A stretch of 20,340 nucleotides of DNA from positions 1 through 20,340 of the IMG/VR virus record IMGVR_UViG_3300045988_068454. The stretch is one strand, 5' to 3'. Below the pieces are notes generated by a model that was not told where the DNA came from, ran no database searches, and was given only the letters and a program-made list of their open reading frames with translations. A program made the translations under genes and the position numbers. How positions within the stretch are numbered: position 1 is the stretch's first letter; each line of letters opens with the position of its first letter. This DNA is from a virus. Below, one piece after another: positions 8,422-15,502 of the stretch.

Positions 8422-9459
8422 TTAACCCTCGATGAAAGCCCATGCGTTTGCAAACGGACTGACCGCCATGGTCTCCCAGTGATGCAGGAAGTAGGTACGG
8501 CTCAGGGTGCTTGCATTGTACGGGGTCTCGGCCATCTGGTAACGGTTGTCATGAGAACGAACCATAGTGTTATCAGCGATAACAGCCAGCGTCTTAGCGG
8601 CGTTGCCAGTATCACCGAAACTGTCCACAATGACCTGCCGGCCCATAAACTCAGCCTTGTTCATGTTGAATGCCTTTGCCAGAACTTCCACGTCAGTGTA
8701 AGCGGCAACATCGGCACGAACCAGAATGCTGATACGGTCGGGGGTAGTCCACGTGGTCAGGGCGGTCGCGTTTGCCACGCCAGCGGCATCTGCCATCTTC
8801 TTGTAGCAGTTGTAGTTGATGCTCGGGAACTGGAACTGCAGGAACTTTGCCCGGGCATCAGTGATAAGCTTCTTTGCGAACGCTTCATGGTCTGTGCCCA
8901 CGGCGATAGTGGTGGAGTTGATGTTTTCATCGTTGATAGCCTGACCGATAAGGCCCTTCATGAGCTTGAACTCGTCAATGTTATCACCGCTGGTAAGCGT
9001 GTTGATAATCATGTTCACGAAGTTGTTGAAGGTGTCAGCATTGACGAACGCGCCAGCCAGCTGTGCGTCATAGACAGTAACCTTGTACTTGTCCTGACGA
9101 TTGCGCCGGTAGTAGACGGTCTTGACGTCCGGGTTGCCGGGAGACAGAACATCGGACATAGCCGAAGAGTCATAAGGAGTGGCAATGGCAGGGTTCGCAA
9201 TGGAGTCCTGCACATCAGTGCCGTAGGGAATCTCAGCCCCCTTGAAAATCTTCAGCGGGTTGTCGTAGACAGCGTTGTGCGCTTCCTGAAAGATGATGCG
9301 GTTCACCAGACCGTTGATAAACTCGTTCATGAACGGGGTGTACGACATGATAGCGCCGCCGGTGCTCTGCAGCGTAGCATTGGTAGCCAGGGGAACACCC
9401 TCTCGCAGAACAGTGCTGGTATTGATAACGGCGTTAACAACGTCAACAGCAGTTGCCAT
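8422..9459 (-). CDS. Major capsid protein
   Basis: The gene follows the scaffold gene. The N-terminal pattern FMNEFINGLVNRIIFQEAHNAVYDNPLKIFKG.EIPYGTDVQD is typical of major head proteins of phi29-like podophages. It has the highest GC and strongest codon bias in the window, and a structured spacer follows it. Confidence 0.85.
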   Translation of the reverse strand: MATAVDVVNAVINTSTVLREGVPLATNATLQSTGGAIMSYTPFMNEFINGLVNRIIFQEAHNAVYDNPLKIFKGAEIPYGTDVQDSIANPAIATPYDSSAMSDVLSPGNPDVKTVYYRRNRQDKYKVTVYDAQLAGAFVNADTFNNFVNMIINTLTSGDNIDEFKLMKGLIGQAINDENINSTTIAVGTDHEAFAKKLITDARAKFLQFQFPSINYNCYKKMADAAGVANATALTTWTTPDRISILVRADVAAYTDVEVLAKAFNMNKAEFMGRQVIVDSFGDTGNAAKTLAVIADNTMVRSHDNRYQMAETPYNASTLSRTYFLHHWETMAVSPFANAWAFIEG

Positions 9460-9490
9460 AGATAATCACTATCCTTTCTTAGTGTTTGTG

Positions 9491-9814
9491 TTAGCCTTTA
9501 AGGTTGAGTCTGCCACCGGTAAACAGGCGGTTCACGGGGTTCGGGTCAGTTTCAGGGCGCTGAGGGTCATTCAGTTTGCTGTTATCGTCCGGCACAGTCA
9601 CACGCAGAAAGAGGTTCATGTTATCCTCTTTCAGTTTAGTGTTCTTAGCGGTCAGCTCCTCAACACTCTTAGTTGCTGCTACCTTTGCCGCAACCTCTTC
9701 ACTGAAACCAGTGGTCAGTTCAGCCAGAAGGTTGGAAATCTTTCCTTGGTCAGCATCTTCGCCGATACTGGACAGAATTTCCTGTGTTTTTGCATTGTAC
9801 TCTGACAGTTCCAT
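9491..9814 (-). CDS. Scaffolding protein (candidate)
   Basis: Start moved to ATG 9814 (AAAGGAG 8 nt upstream). The product is small (107 aa), acidic and helical/coiled. The gene lies directly upstream of the capsid gene, as phi29 gp7 does. Confidence 0.6.
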   Translation of the reverse strand: MELSEYNAKTQEILSSIGEDADQGKISNLLAELTTGFSEEVAAKVAATKSVEELTAKNTKLKEDNMNLFLRVTVPDDNSKLNDPQRPETDPNPVNRLFTGGRLNLKG

Positions 9815-9832
9815 TCTGTTCACTCCTTTATA

Positions 9833-10249
9833 TTACTTCTTAGAACGATAATCCCATCTGCCCTTACCGTCTCTTACATCCACATGGACAAAGGTGTCAT
9901 ACAAACCAAGCCCAAGAGAATTGCGGTAGAAAGAGTTGACGAAATTGTACAAAGCAAGTGGCGTAATACCCGGAATACGAATATCCGCTGCATTGCCGTG
10001 AGTGTGCTGTGATTTAGGTGACGAGTTTTTGAGCTGTGAATTGTAAGCTACAGTACGGTAGCCACTGTTGATGATTACAGGTTTGTTGAAATGCTTACGG
10101 ATTGTTTCAAGTACATCAATAAGTGCTTTATTCAGCACAACGACACGAGAATTGTCAGTGCACTTAAACTCGCTGATAGTGAAATGCTCACTGACTTTCT
10201 CATTAACGTGTTCAGTCACGTCAACAACATAATACTCAGCTGTTTTCAT
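9833..10249 (-). CDS. Endolysin, zinc peptidase of the M15 (Peptidase_M15_3 / VanY-like) type
   Basis: Motifs are F.ISEF.C ... INSGYRT..YN......S.H..GNAADI ... FVHVDVR, which are the H/D/H zinc ligands of M15 cell-wall peptidases. The gene overlaps the 3' end of the holin gene. Confidence 0.85.
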   Translation of the reverse strand: MKTAEYYVVDVTEHVNEKVSEHFTISEFKCTDNSRVVVLNKALIDVLETIRKHFNKPVIINSGYRTVAYNSQLKNSSPKSQHTHGNAADIRIPGITPLALYNFVNSFYRNSLGLGLYDTFVHVDVRDGKGRWDYRSKK

Positions 10250-10613
10250 TGTATTCACTATCCTTCTTGGTATTCAGTGCAGACAGGAATGGCGCTACCA
10301 TTTTCACAAGGTCAGGGTTAATGCTGCCCAGATTTTCCAGAACAGAAATAGCTTCGGTAAGGATAATCAGTGTGCTAATGGTAACAGCCGCAGGGAACTT
10401 GAATCCCATGTCTACGTAGTCCATTGCAAAGTCGGCAAGATAACCAAAACCAACGAACAGAATGAACGATGCCTTTTTATACATGCCTTCCCTTGCTTTG
10501 GTGCTGGACAGCTCTTTGTTCTTGAGCGCTTTCAGCACTCCGGTCAGAACGTCCACCATCATAAACACGACTACGAGAACTAACTCGGTCGGTACGGATG
10601 AAGCAAACTTCAC
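10236..10613 (-). CDS. Holin (phi-LC3 / Phage_holin_4_1-like)
   Basis: GTG start with GGGGGTGA RBS. Three hydrophobic helices are present. Recognisable patterns are D.LTGVLKA.K...LSS and the C-proximal TEAISVLENLG..NP. The endolysin gene follows immediately. Confidence 0.8.
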   Translation of the reverse strand: MKFASSVPTELVLVVVFMMVDVLTGVLKALKNKELSSTKAREGMYKKASFILFVGFGYLADFAMDYVDMGFKFPAAVTISTLIILTEAISVLENLGSINPDLVKMVAPFLSALNTKKDSEYNENS

Positions 10614-10647
10614 TTTTTCTTCACCCCCTTCCCCTCCCGTTTATTCT

Positions 10648-10656
10648 ATTATACCA
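10648..10656 (-). promoter_or_regulatory. TG-extended -10 promoter (TGGTATAAT) for the late operon
   Basis: The minus strand reads CATTTATGGTATAATAGAATAAACGGGAGG about 35 nt upstream of the holin start. The same ATGGTAYAATA core recurs at three early-promoter sites. No good -35 element is present. Confidence 0.55.
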
Positions 10657-10663
10657 TAAATGG

Positions 10664-10692
10664 TTGACTTTGAACAGGGGTTGCGGTATAAT
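10664..10692 (+). promoter_or_regulatory. Consensus sigma-A/sigma-70 type promoter for the packaging ATPase gene
   Basis: TTGACT (10664-10669), a 17-nt spacer, then TATAAT (10687-10692). It faces away from the late promoter, with the two -10 elements about 35 bp apart. Confidence 0.7.
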
Positions 10693-10758
10693 ATTTATAG
10701 AAGGAACGTCCATTTCCGGAATGTTCCACATGGATCAAATTTTACGGGGTGTTATATT

Positions 10759-11793
10759 TTGGGAGATTTTTATGACGGCGCAAAGCTGCTTTCCCTGACG
10801 GATATCAACGGCAGCAAGCCAGAAATCTATATGTGCACTACCAACCGTAGTGGCGGCAAGACTACATGGTTTAACCGGTATTGTCTTAAACGCTTCATCA
10901 ACTACGGCGAAAAATTCATGCTACTGTATAGGTATAACTATGAACTGGATGACTGCGCTAACAAGTTCTTCAAGGACATTAGCGGACTGTTCTTTCCGGG
11001 TCATGAAATGACAGACCAGCGCAGAGCTAAAGGCATCTTCTATGAGCTGTTTCTGGATGGAGTTAACTGCGGATATGCAGTGAGCATCAACAGCGCAGAC
11101 CAGATTAAAAAATATTCACACTTCTTTTCTGACACTGTAAGAATGTTAATGGACGAGTTTCAGAGCGAGACAAACCACTACTGTGCAGACGAAGTTAAAA
11201 AGTTCAGGTCTGTGCACACATCTGTCGCGCGTGGTCAAGGCACTCAAAGTAGATACGTCCCTGTTTATATGCTGTCTAACCCTGTAACTTTACTGAACCC
11301 ATATTATGTTGCCATGAATATCAGCAGCAGACTTACAGACAATGTAAAGTTTCTGCGTGGTGAAGGCTGGGTTCTTGAGCAGGGCTATGTTGATGCTGCA
11401 TCTAAGGCACAGGCCAGTTCTGCTTTTAACAGAGCTTTTTCAGGTGACACCTATGACACGTATTTAACACAAGCTGTGTATCTGAACGACAGTTCTGCTT
11501 TTATCGAAAAGCCGGAAGGTAATTCAAGGTATCTGGGCACTCTTAGATACATGGGTAAAGAGTACGGACTGAGAGAGTTCGCGGACTCAGGTGTTATCTA
11601 CTGTGACGATAGACCTGATACTAGCTACAAGTTCAAACTGGCTGTAACTACTGACGACCATCGTGTGAACTATGTTATGCTGAAAAGCTATTCCATGTTC
11701 TTGGACAATATGCGGTATTACTTTGACCGTGGTGCGTTTAGGTTCAAGAACCTTATGTGCAAAGAGGTAATTCTCAAAGCACTGTCTTATTAA
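10759..11793 (+). CDS. DNA encapsidation (packaging) ATPase (phi29 gp16-like)
   Basis: Walker A is TNRSGGKTT and Walker B is RMLMDEF. Start proposed at TTG 10759, where GGGGTG lies 7 nt upstream. This gives 344 aa with the P-loop near residue 30, as in phi29 gp16. The ATG at 10660 in the ORF track has no RBS and lies upstream of the predicted -10 element. This is the only convincing plus-strand gene. Confidence 0.85.
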   Translation: MGDFYDGAKLLSLTDINGSKPEIYMCTTNRSGGKTTWFNRYCLKRFINYGEKFMLLYRYNYELDDCANKFFKDISGLFFPGHEMTDQRRAKGIFYELFLDGVNCGYAVSINSADQIKKYSHFFSDTVRMLMDEFQSETNHYCADEVKKFRSVHTSVARGQGTQSRYVPVYMLSNPVTLLNPYYVAMNISSRLTDNVKFLRGEGWVLEQGYVDAASKAQASSAFNRAFSGDTYDTYLTQAVYLNDSSAFIEKPEGNSRYLGTLRYMGKEYGLREFADSGVIYCDDRPDTSYKFKLAVTTDDHRVNYVMLKSYSMFLDNMRYYFDRGAFRFKNLMCKEVILKALSY

Positions 11794-11796
11794 ACT

Positions 11797-11905
11797 TATC
11801 CCATCGAGCAACTAACATTGATGCAACTGGGTAGCAGCGGCGAAGAGCCGTCCGGGATGCAGGTTCGTGTAGGCTGCACGCTCTGTTGGAACTCGATTCA
11901 GGATA
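11797..11905 (+). ncRNA. Candidate structured RNA (pRNA-like?) or structured 3' UTR of the ATPase mRNA
   Basis: The stretch is non-coding and GC-rich. It is closed by a long interrupted helix: UAUCC/GGAUA (11797-11801 with 11901-11905), AUCGAG/CUCGAU (11803-11808 with 11892-11897) and CAAC/GUUG (11809-11812 with 11885-11888). Internal hairpins are GCGGC-GAAGA-GCCGU and UGCAG-11 nt-CUGCA. The terminator follows directly. Confidence 0.3.
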
Positions 11906-11910
11906 TAGAA

Positions 11911-11956
11911 AACCCCCAGAGGATACATCGTAAGATGCCCTTTGGGGGTTTGTTTT
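11911..11956. terminator. Convergent (bidirectional) rho-independent terminator shared by the ATPase transcript and the early operon
   Basis: Plus-strand RNA reads AACCCCCAGAGG...CCUUUGGGGGUU. This is a 12-bp stem including one G-U pair, with an inner CAUC-GUAA-GAUG hairpin, followed by UGUUUUAUCUU. The minus-strand reading keeps the stem with one A-C mismatch and is followed by UUUUCUAU. The last early gene stops at 11960. Confidence 0.85.
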
Positions 11957-11959
11957 ATC

Positions 11960-12184
11960 TTATAATACGTGAACTTCGCACGGCACAATACGGCACGGAG
12001 TATTTTGAACAAAACCGTGCCCATAGCCGGTCTTCAAGGATACACATATCACAGATACATCCTTATCATCTTTAAAATCAGTAAGGTCGGTTACAATGTG
12101 CAGGTCTTCGATGCCCTGAATTTCTACCACATTACCAACCTCGCACTCACACAGCCGGTAGTTACAATAATTTCTAATAATCAT
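11960..12184 (-). CDS. Hypothetical early protein, 74 aa, Cys-rich
   Basis: AAAGGAG RBS lies 7 nt upstream of ATG 12184. It is the last gene before the terminator. Confidence 0.7.
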   Translation of the reverse strand: MIIRNYCNYRLCECEVGNVVEIQGIEDLHIVTDLTDFKDDKDVSVICVSLKTGYGHGFVQNTPCRIVPCEVHVL

Positions 12185-12196
12185 AAATAACTCCTT

Positions 12197-12373
12197 TCAT
12201 TCTAGCATGAAGAACGCTGCTACCATTAAGTCAACACCAAGCATAATGACTATTGCAAAAATCACTTCCCACAAGGCCGCGCCATTAGTTATCATAACAC
12301 CAATACCAATGCATTCAGCGCCTACAATAACAATAAGTGAGCCTGCAGCAAACAGTGCATCACACAGTTTCAT
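12197..12373 (-). CDS. Small membrane protein (two hydrophobic helices)
   Basis: Start chosen at ATG 12373, which forms an ATGA overlap with the upstream stop. This coupling pattern occurs repeatedly in this operon. The alternative start is ATG 12388. The sequence is almost entirely hydrophobic. Confidence 0.6.
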   Translation of the reverse strand: MKLCDALFAAGSLIVIVGAECIGIGVMITNGAALWEVIFAIVIMLGVDLMVAAFFMLE

Positions 12374-12534
12374 TTCATCACCGCCCATGCTGCTTCACAC
12401 CACACCAACAAAGCTACGATAGCAGTGGCTACTGCAATAAGTATAGCCCCATCGGTGTATCCATGTACAAGAGAATAAACAAACGTGTACCCAATGTACG
12501 CAATTACAAGAGCCGCAACAATAATAACAGCCAT
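12370..12534 (-). CDS. Small membrane protein (two hydrophobic helices), 54 aa
   Basis: Start moved to ATG 12534, where GTGAGGT lies 5 nt upstream and contains the stop of the preceding gene. Sequence: MAVIIVAALVIAYIGYTFVYSLVHGYTDGAILIAVATAIVALLVW. Confidence 0.6.
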   Translation of the reverse strand: MAVIIVAALVIAYIGYTFVYSLVHGYTDGAILIAVATAIVALLVWCEAAWAVMK

Positions 12535-12541
12535 GATAACC

Positions 12542-12859
12542 TCACTTTTCATAATTCCAGATACTGAACCCAGAGCCAGCAATGATAGCGGTGAACGTGC
12601 TAGGTGTGTCTACCTTATACATTAGTACCTTAGAACGCAGTATATCGTCTGGCAAAGAACCAATACGTAAGCACTGGTCATTGAACCCGGGAAGGTGCAC
12701 AAAATCTTTTTCAAGCAGTGCTGCAACGTACAACAAAGAGTCTTTGTTAATAGCTCTACGTTTGAACGTCTCGTGCGGCAACTTGATTAAGATGTATTTC
12801 CGTCCAACTGCGTCCTCTACGCTATCTTCCATATGAGGAAGTGCACCATTACTCACCAC
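12542..12859 (-). CDS. Hypothetical early protein, 105 aa
   Basis: GTG start with AAGGGTGA 6 nt upstream. It overlaps the upstream gene by 11 nt. No motif recognised. Confidence 0.6.
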   Translation of the reverse strand: MVSNGALPHMEDSVEDAVGRKYILIKLPHETFKRRAINKDSLLYVAALLEKDFVHLPGFNDQCLRIGSLPDDILRSKVLMYKVDTPSTFTAIIAGSGFSIWNYEK

Positions 12860-13040
12860 TGTTCACCCTTTCTTGCAAATTTTGCATGCAACCACCTGAG
12901 TTAATTGCGTTTACCTTGTGCATCATAATCCAGTCTACAGGCTGCGGATTGTAGTGCTCAAGATGATACGGGCAATCTGTAATATCACACGACTTATAAT
13001 TGCCGTATGATTTATCGCAAATGAGATAGTGCTCCATCAT
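12849..13040 (-). CDS. Hypothetical early protein, 63 aa, Cys/His-rich
   Basis: AAGGAG RBS and an ATGA start/stop overlap with the upstream gene. It contains C..........C....C..H and further Cys residues. Confidence 0.65.
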   Translation of the reverse strand: MMEHYLICDKSYGNYKSCDITDCPYHLEHYNPQPVDWIMMHKVNAINSGGCMQNLQERVNSGE

Positions 13041-13222
13041 TTAATCTCCTTGTAATCGCCATAGCGTTTAAAGTAACCAGCGATAGAAGGGCGCTGTTCA
13101 AACTTCACCCACTGCAGCAGCCTGCCACACTTCTTGCAGTAAATACCGGAGAAATAGCCCTGTGCGACCATTTCAAACTGGTCTGAACCGCAGTTCTTGC
13201 ATTTGTTGTTCTTGAATCTCAT
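13037..13222 (-). CDS. Small zinc-ribbon protein, 61 aa
   Basis: CGAGGTG RBS. There are two CxxC pairs (CKNC ... CKKC) spaced like a zinc ribbon. Confidence 0.65.
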   Translation of the reverse strand: MRFKNNKCKNCGSDQFEMVAQGYFSGIYCKKCGRLLQWVKFEQRPSIAGYFKRYGDYKEIK

Positions 13223-13224
13223 AA

Positions 13225-13422
13225 TTACACCTCGATTTCAATTGTAATAGTATCGCCTAACCTATCTACAGAAAAAGCCGATACAGTGTTCTTGCCACAG
13301 AATTTGAGGCAATCCTCAACTGATTTAAAAGTTTTTAAATGGTCTCCACCATCAGAGTTGATAACCATAGTTGTAGCGGGAAACCAATCAACACAGGTGT
13401 TCCATAATTCGACGACATTCAT
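13225..13422 (-). CDS. Hypothetical early protein, 65 aa
   Basis: TGAGGTGA RBS overlaps the polymerase stop codon, indicating tight translational coupling. Confidence 0.65.
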   Translation of the reverse strand: MNVVELWNTCVDWFPATTMVINSDGGDHLKTFKSVEDCLKFCGKNTVSAFSVDRLGDTITIEIEV

Positions 13423-13426
13423 TGTA

Positions 13427-15496
13427 TCACCTCATTGTAAAATCAGTATCTACCAGTAACACACCACCCGGGATTCTCCTTGGCAGCAGTTTACCGGGAA
13501 TAGTTAAACCAACTTTAAAATCTGACAACGTTCTGGTTGTGGATAAGAACTGTATTTCTTCTGGTGTAAGACCTGAATCTTTTAGTTCTCGTTCCTCATT
13601 TCTCGGGTCTTTACCCTCTTCAATGTCTTTTGCAATAGTAGGGTCAAATGATTCTGCAAATAAATTTTTGCATCTTGCTGGCATACCGGCACATTTAATA
13701 TTGTAGTACGGCTTTTCAATAGGCTCTAAGTCCTCTTTTGTTACGTGCTCAATATACGTTTTTTGTCGTACAAACCAACCAACATCCCAGCTGGATTCAA
13801 GTTTCCAGCAGCAGAAATTAGTTGGATGCACCGTGATTCCTTTCAACTGCTCAGGTGACAGGTCACAATGTATGCTGTCTGTATCTGCGTAAATGAATCC
13901 GGGTTTATCTTGGCCGTAATAGTTTTTCTGTGCTGCTCGAATGGTAAAGTTCCGGGCGTAACTAGTGATAGCACTACCAACTGGGATGTATCCGGGTTTC
14001 TTTTCGTACTCTTCAACTTCATAATATCCAACACTTCCATCGTCTTTAAGATAAGCTACTTTGAATGATGATTCCATTGAACTTGCCATTTTACCATACA
14101 AGTTATTCAGGAATAGTTTTGCTAATGTACGCTTTGCTCCTTTACTGGTTTTCTTGATTGCTGCATACTTGTTAATGTACTCGTCAAAGATTCCAATTGC
14201 AGACGCGAACTCGCAATAGTCAAGCAGTTCATAATCTACTAAGTCGTAATGCTCACGTAATAGAATAAAATCTGTCTGTGTCAGTGTAAGTTCAACGCGC
14301 GTGTCGTGCAAGTTACCATCAACATCATAGTAATACTCACGAGCAACACCGTCTTTTCCAATAACGTCTGAACTTTCAAGGGCTTCTGTACCCTTGTACA
14401 TCCATGTACCCTTAATCTGAATAAAAGGAAGTTTCCCGGGCTTGAGATAGAATCTAGTTTTGATACGGAAAAAGTAGAAATGACCGTACTCATGTGGACG
14501 CGTAGGTTTTGGCTCTGGCTGAAACCAGAATGGATCATACTTAACAGGACATGTGCAATCACCGAAAATAGTTCCTTCATCTGCTTCAACATGAACGAAC
14601 TTTGGCATTCCGACAGGGTAATCAGAACCAGATTCAGAATGCATGACACTTGGATATAAGCTGTTCACATCTGCAGTAACACCGTTGTGAAACTCTTTAC
14701 ACTCCTTTTGCTTTACGATGTAGCACCATCCGCCTTTGTATGACTTGTGTATCCATTCGCCAGCATTCTTGCTGCCGAACTGCTCTTCGTCTAGCGGAAC
14801 TTTGTACAAGTCTGGGAAATAGTCATTGTATTCATCTTGCATTATGTTCCGATATTCACTAAGGCAACAGCTACCAATGGTCAACTTACGATGCCCCTCA
14901 GAGAACATAATCTCAAGCGCTTCTTTAATGACTAGAACATCGTTAGCGATGTACTTCATCTCTTCTTCTGTGATAGGACAACCGGCATAGCGTTCACCTT
15001 TGTATTCCATTTCAAGTTTCTGGTGCTTTGTTTGGAATGACTTGCCAATAGCTTTCAGGGAAAAAGGTAAAAGTTTTAAGCTGTCTCTGAGTTCTATGTA
15101 ATGGCCGTTCTGCTTGATAGTCATACTGTACCACTGTCCCATATCTGAGATTGCGTACTTGAATGACTTATCCGGCATATCCCAGTTCTTACGGAACTTA
15201 ATGTGCTTTTCATCAACTATGTCATAGGCTTGTTTGTACTTCAAGTCGTGCAAGAGGTAGTACATCCAGAAATTGCCATCAAATTTGAGGTTGTGAAAAT
15301 ACACTACAATGTTTTCGTCTAAGCTAATGTAGTAGTTGAACAAATCATCGATACTATGAAAAACCATAACGTCCTCTGTCCAAAGTTCCACACTAGCTGC
15401 AGACCAAACCTCAGTGCTTTTCTGTTCTCTTGTATTCTGTTCTACTGTTGTTTCAAAGTCTGCACTAAACGTGCGCCACTTTTCAGAACGTGCCAC
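13427..15496 (-). CDS. Protein-primed family-B DNA polymerase (phi29 gp2-like)
   Basis: GTG start with GAGGAA RBS. Exonuclease motifs: ExoI FSADFETT, ExoII HNLKFDGNF, ExoIII YIANDVLVIKEAL. Polymerase motifs: A DVNSLYPS, B KLFLNNLYGKMA, C YADTDS, and KxY RQKTYIEHV. All are close to the phi29 polymerase motifs. Confidence 0.97.
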   Translation of the reverse strand: MARSEKWRTFSADFETTVEQNTREQKSTEVWSAASVELWTEDVMVFHSIDDLFNYYISLDENIVVYFHNLKFDGNFWMYYLLHDLKYKQAYDIVDEKHIKFRKNWDMPDKSFKYAISDMGQWYSMTIKQNGHYIELRDSLKLLPFSLKAIGKSFQTKHQKLEMEYKGERYAGCPITEEEMKYIANDVLVIKEALEIMFSEGHRKLTIGSCCLSEYRNIMQDEYNDYFPDLYKVPLDEEQFGSKNAGEWIHKSYKGGWCYIVKQKECKEFHNGVTADVNSLYPSVMHSESGSDYPVGMPKFVHVEADEGTIFGDCTCPVKYDPFWFQPEPKPTRPHEYGHFYFFRIKTRFYLKPGKLPFIQIKGTWMYKGTEALESSDVIGKDGVAREYYYDVDGNLHDTRVELTLTQTDFILLREHYDLVDYELLDYCEFASAIGIFDEYINKYAAIKKTSKGAKRTLAKLFLNNLYGKMASSMESSFKVAYLKDDGSVGYYEVEEYEKKPGYIPVGSAITSYARNFTIRAAQKNYYGQDKPGFIYADTDSIHCDLSPEQLKGITVHPTNFCCWKLESSWDVGWFVRQKTYIEHVTKEDLEPIEKPYYNIKCAGMPARCKNLFAESFDPTIAKDIEEGKDPRNEERELKDSGLTPEEIQFLSTTRTLSDFKVGLTIPGKLLPRRIPGGVLLVDTDFTMR

Positions 15497-15502
15497 AATG
15501 TA

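Noticed and set aside
8479-9465. A 328-aa plus-strand ORF antisense to the capsid gene. Similar long antisense ORFs occur at 4064-4783, 7697-8302 and 2722-3258.
   Set aside because: These are mirror ORFs, typical opposite GC-rich, strongly biased genes. They have no RBS, their composition is low-complexity and Arg/Ser/Val-rich, and the sense genes have clear homology-type motifs.
10660-10758. The N-terminal 33 codons of the longest ATPase ORF (MVDFEQGLRYN...).
   Set aside because: No RBS precedes ATG 10660, and the segment contains the predicted TTGACT-17-TATAAT promoter. The TTG at 10759 has a good RBS and gives a phi29-like distance to the Walker A motif. I cannot exclude the long form without mapping the transcription start site.
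11845-11880. A GGTTCG-containing hairpin (UGCAG-GUUCGUGUAGG-CUGCA) that resembles a tRNA T-arm.
   Set aside because: The loop is 11 nt rather than 7. No acceptor, D or anticodon arms can be drawn around it.
11812-12075. ORFs 11812-12024 (minus, 70 aa) and 11818-12075 (plus, 85 aa).
   Set aside because: Both read straight through the 12-bp terminator hairpin, both lack an RBS, and the plus-strand ORF overlaps the real minus-strand gene at 11960-12184.
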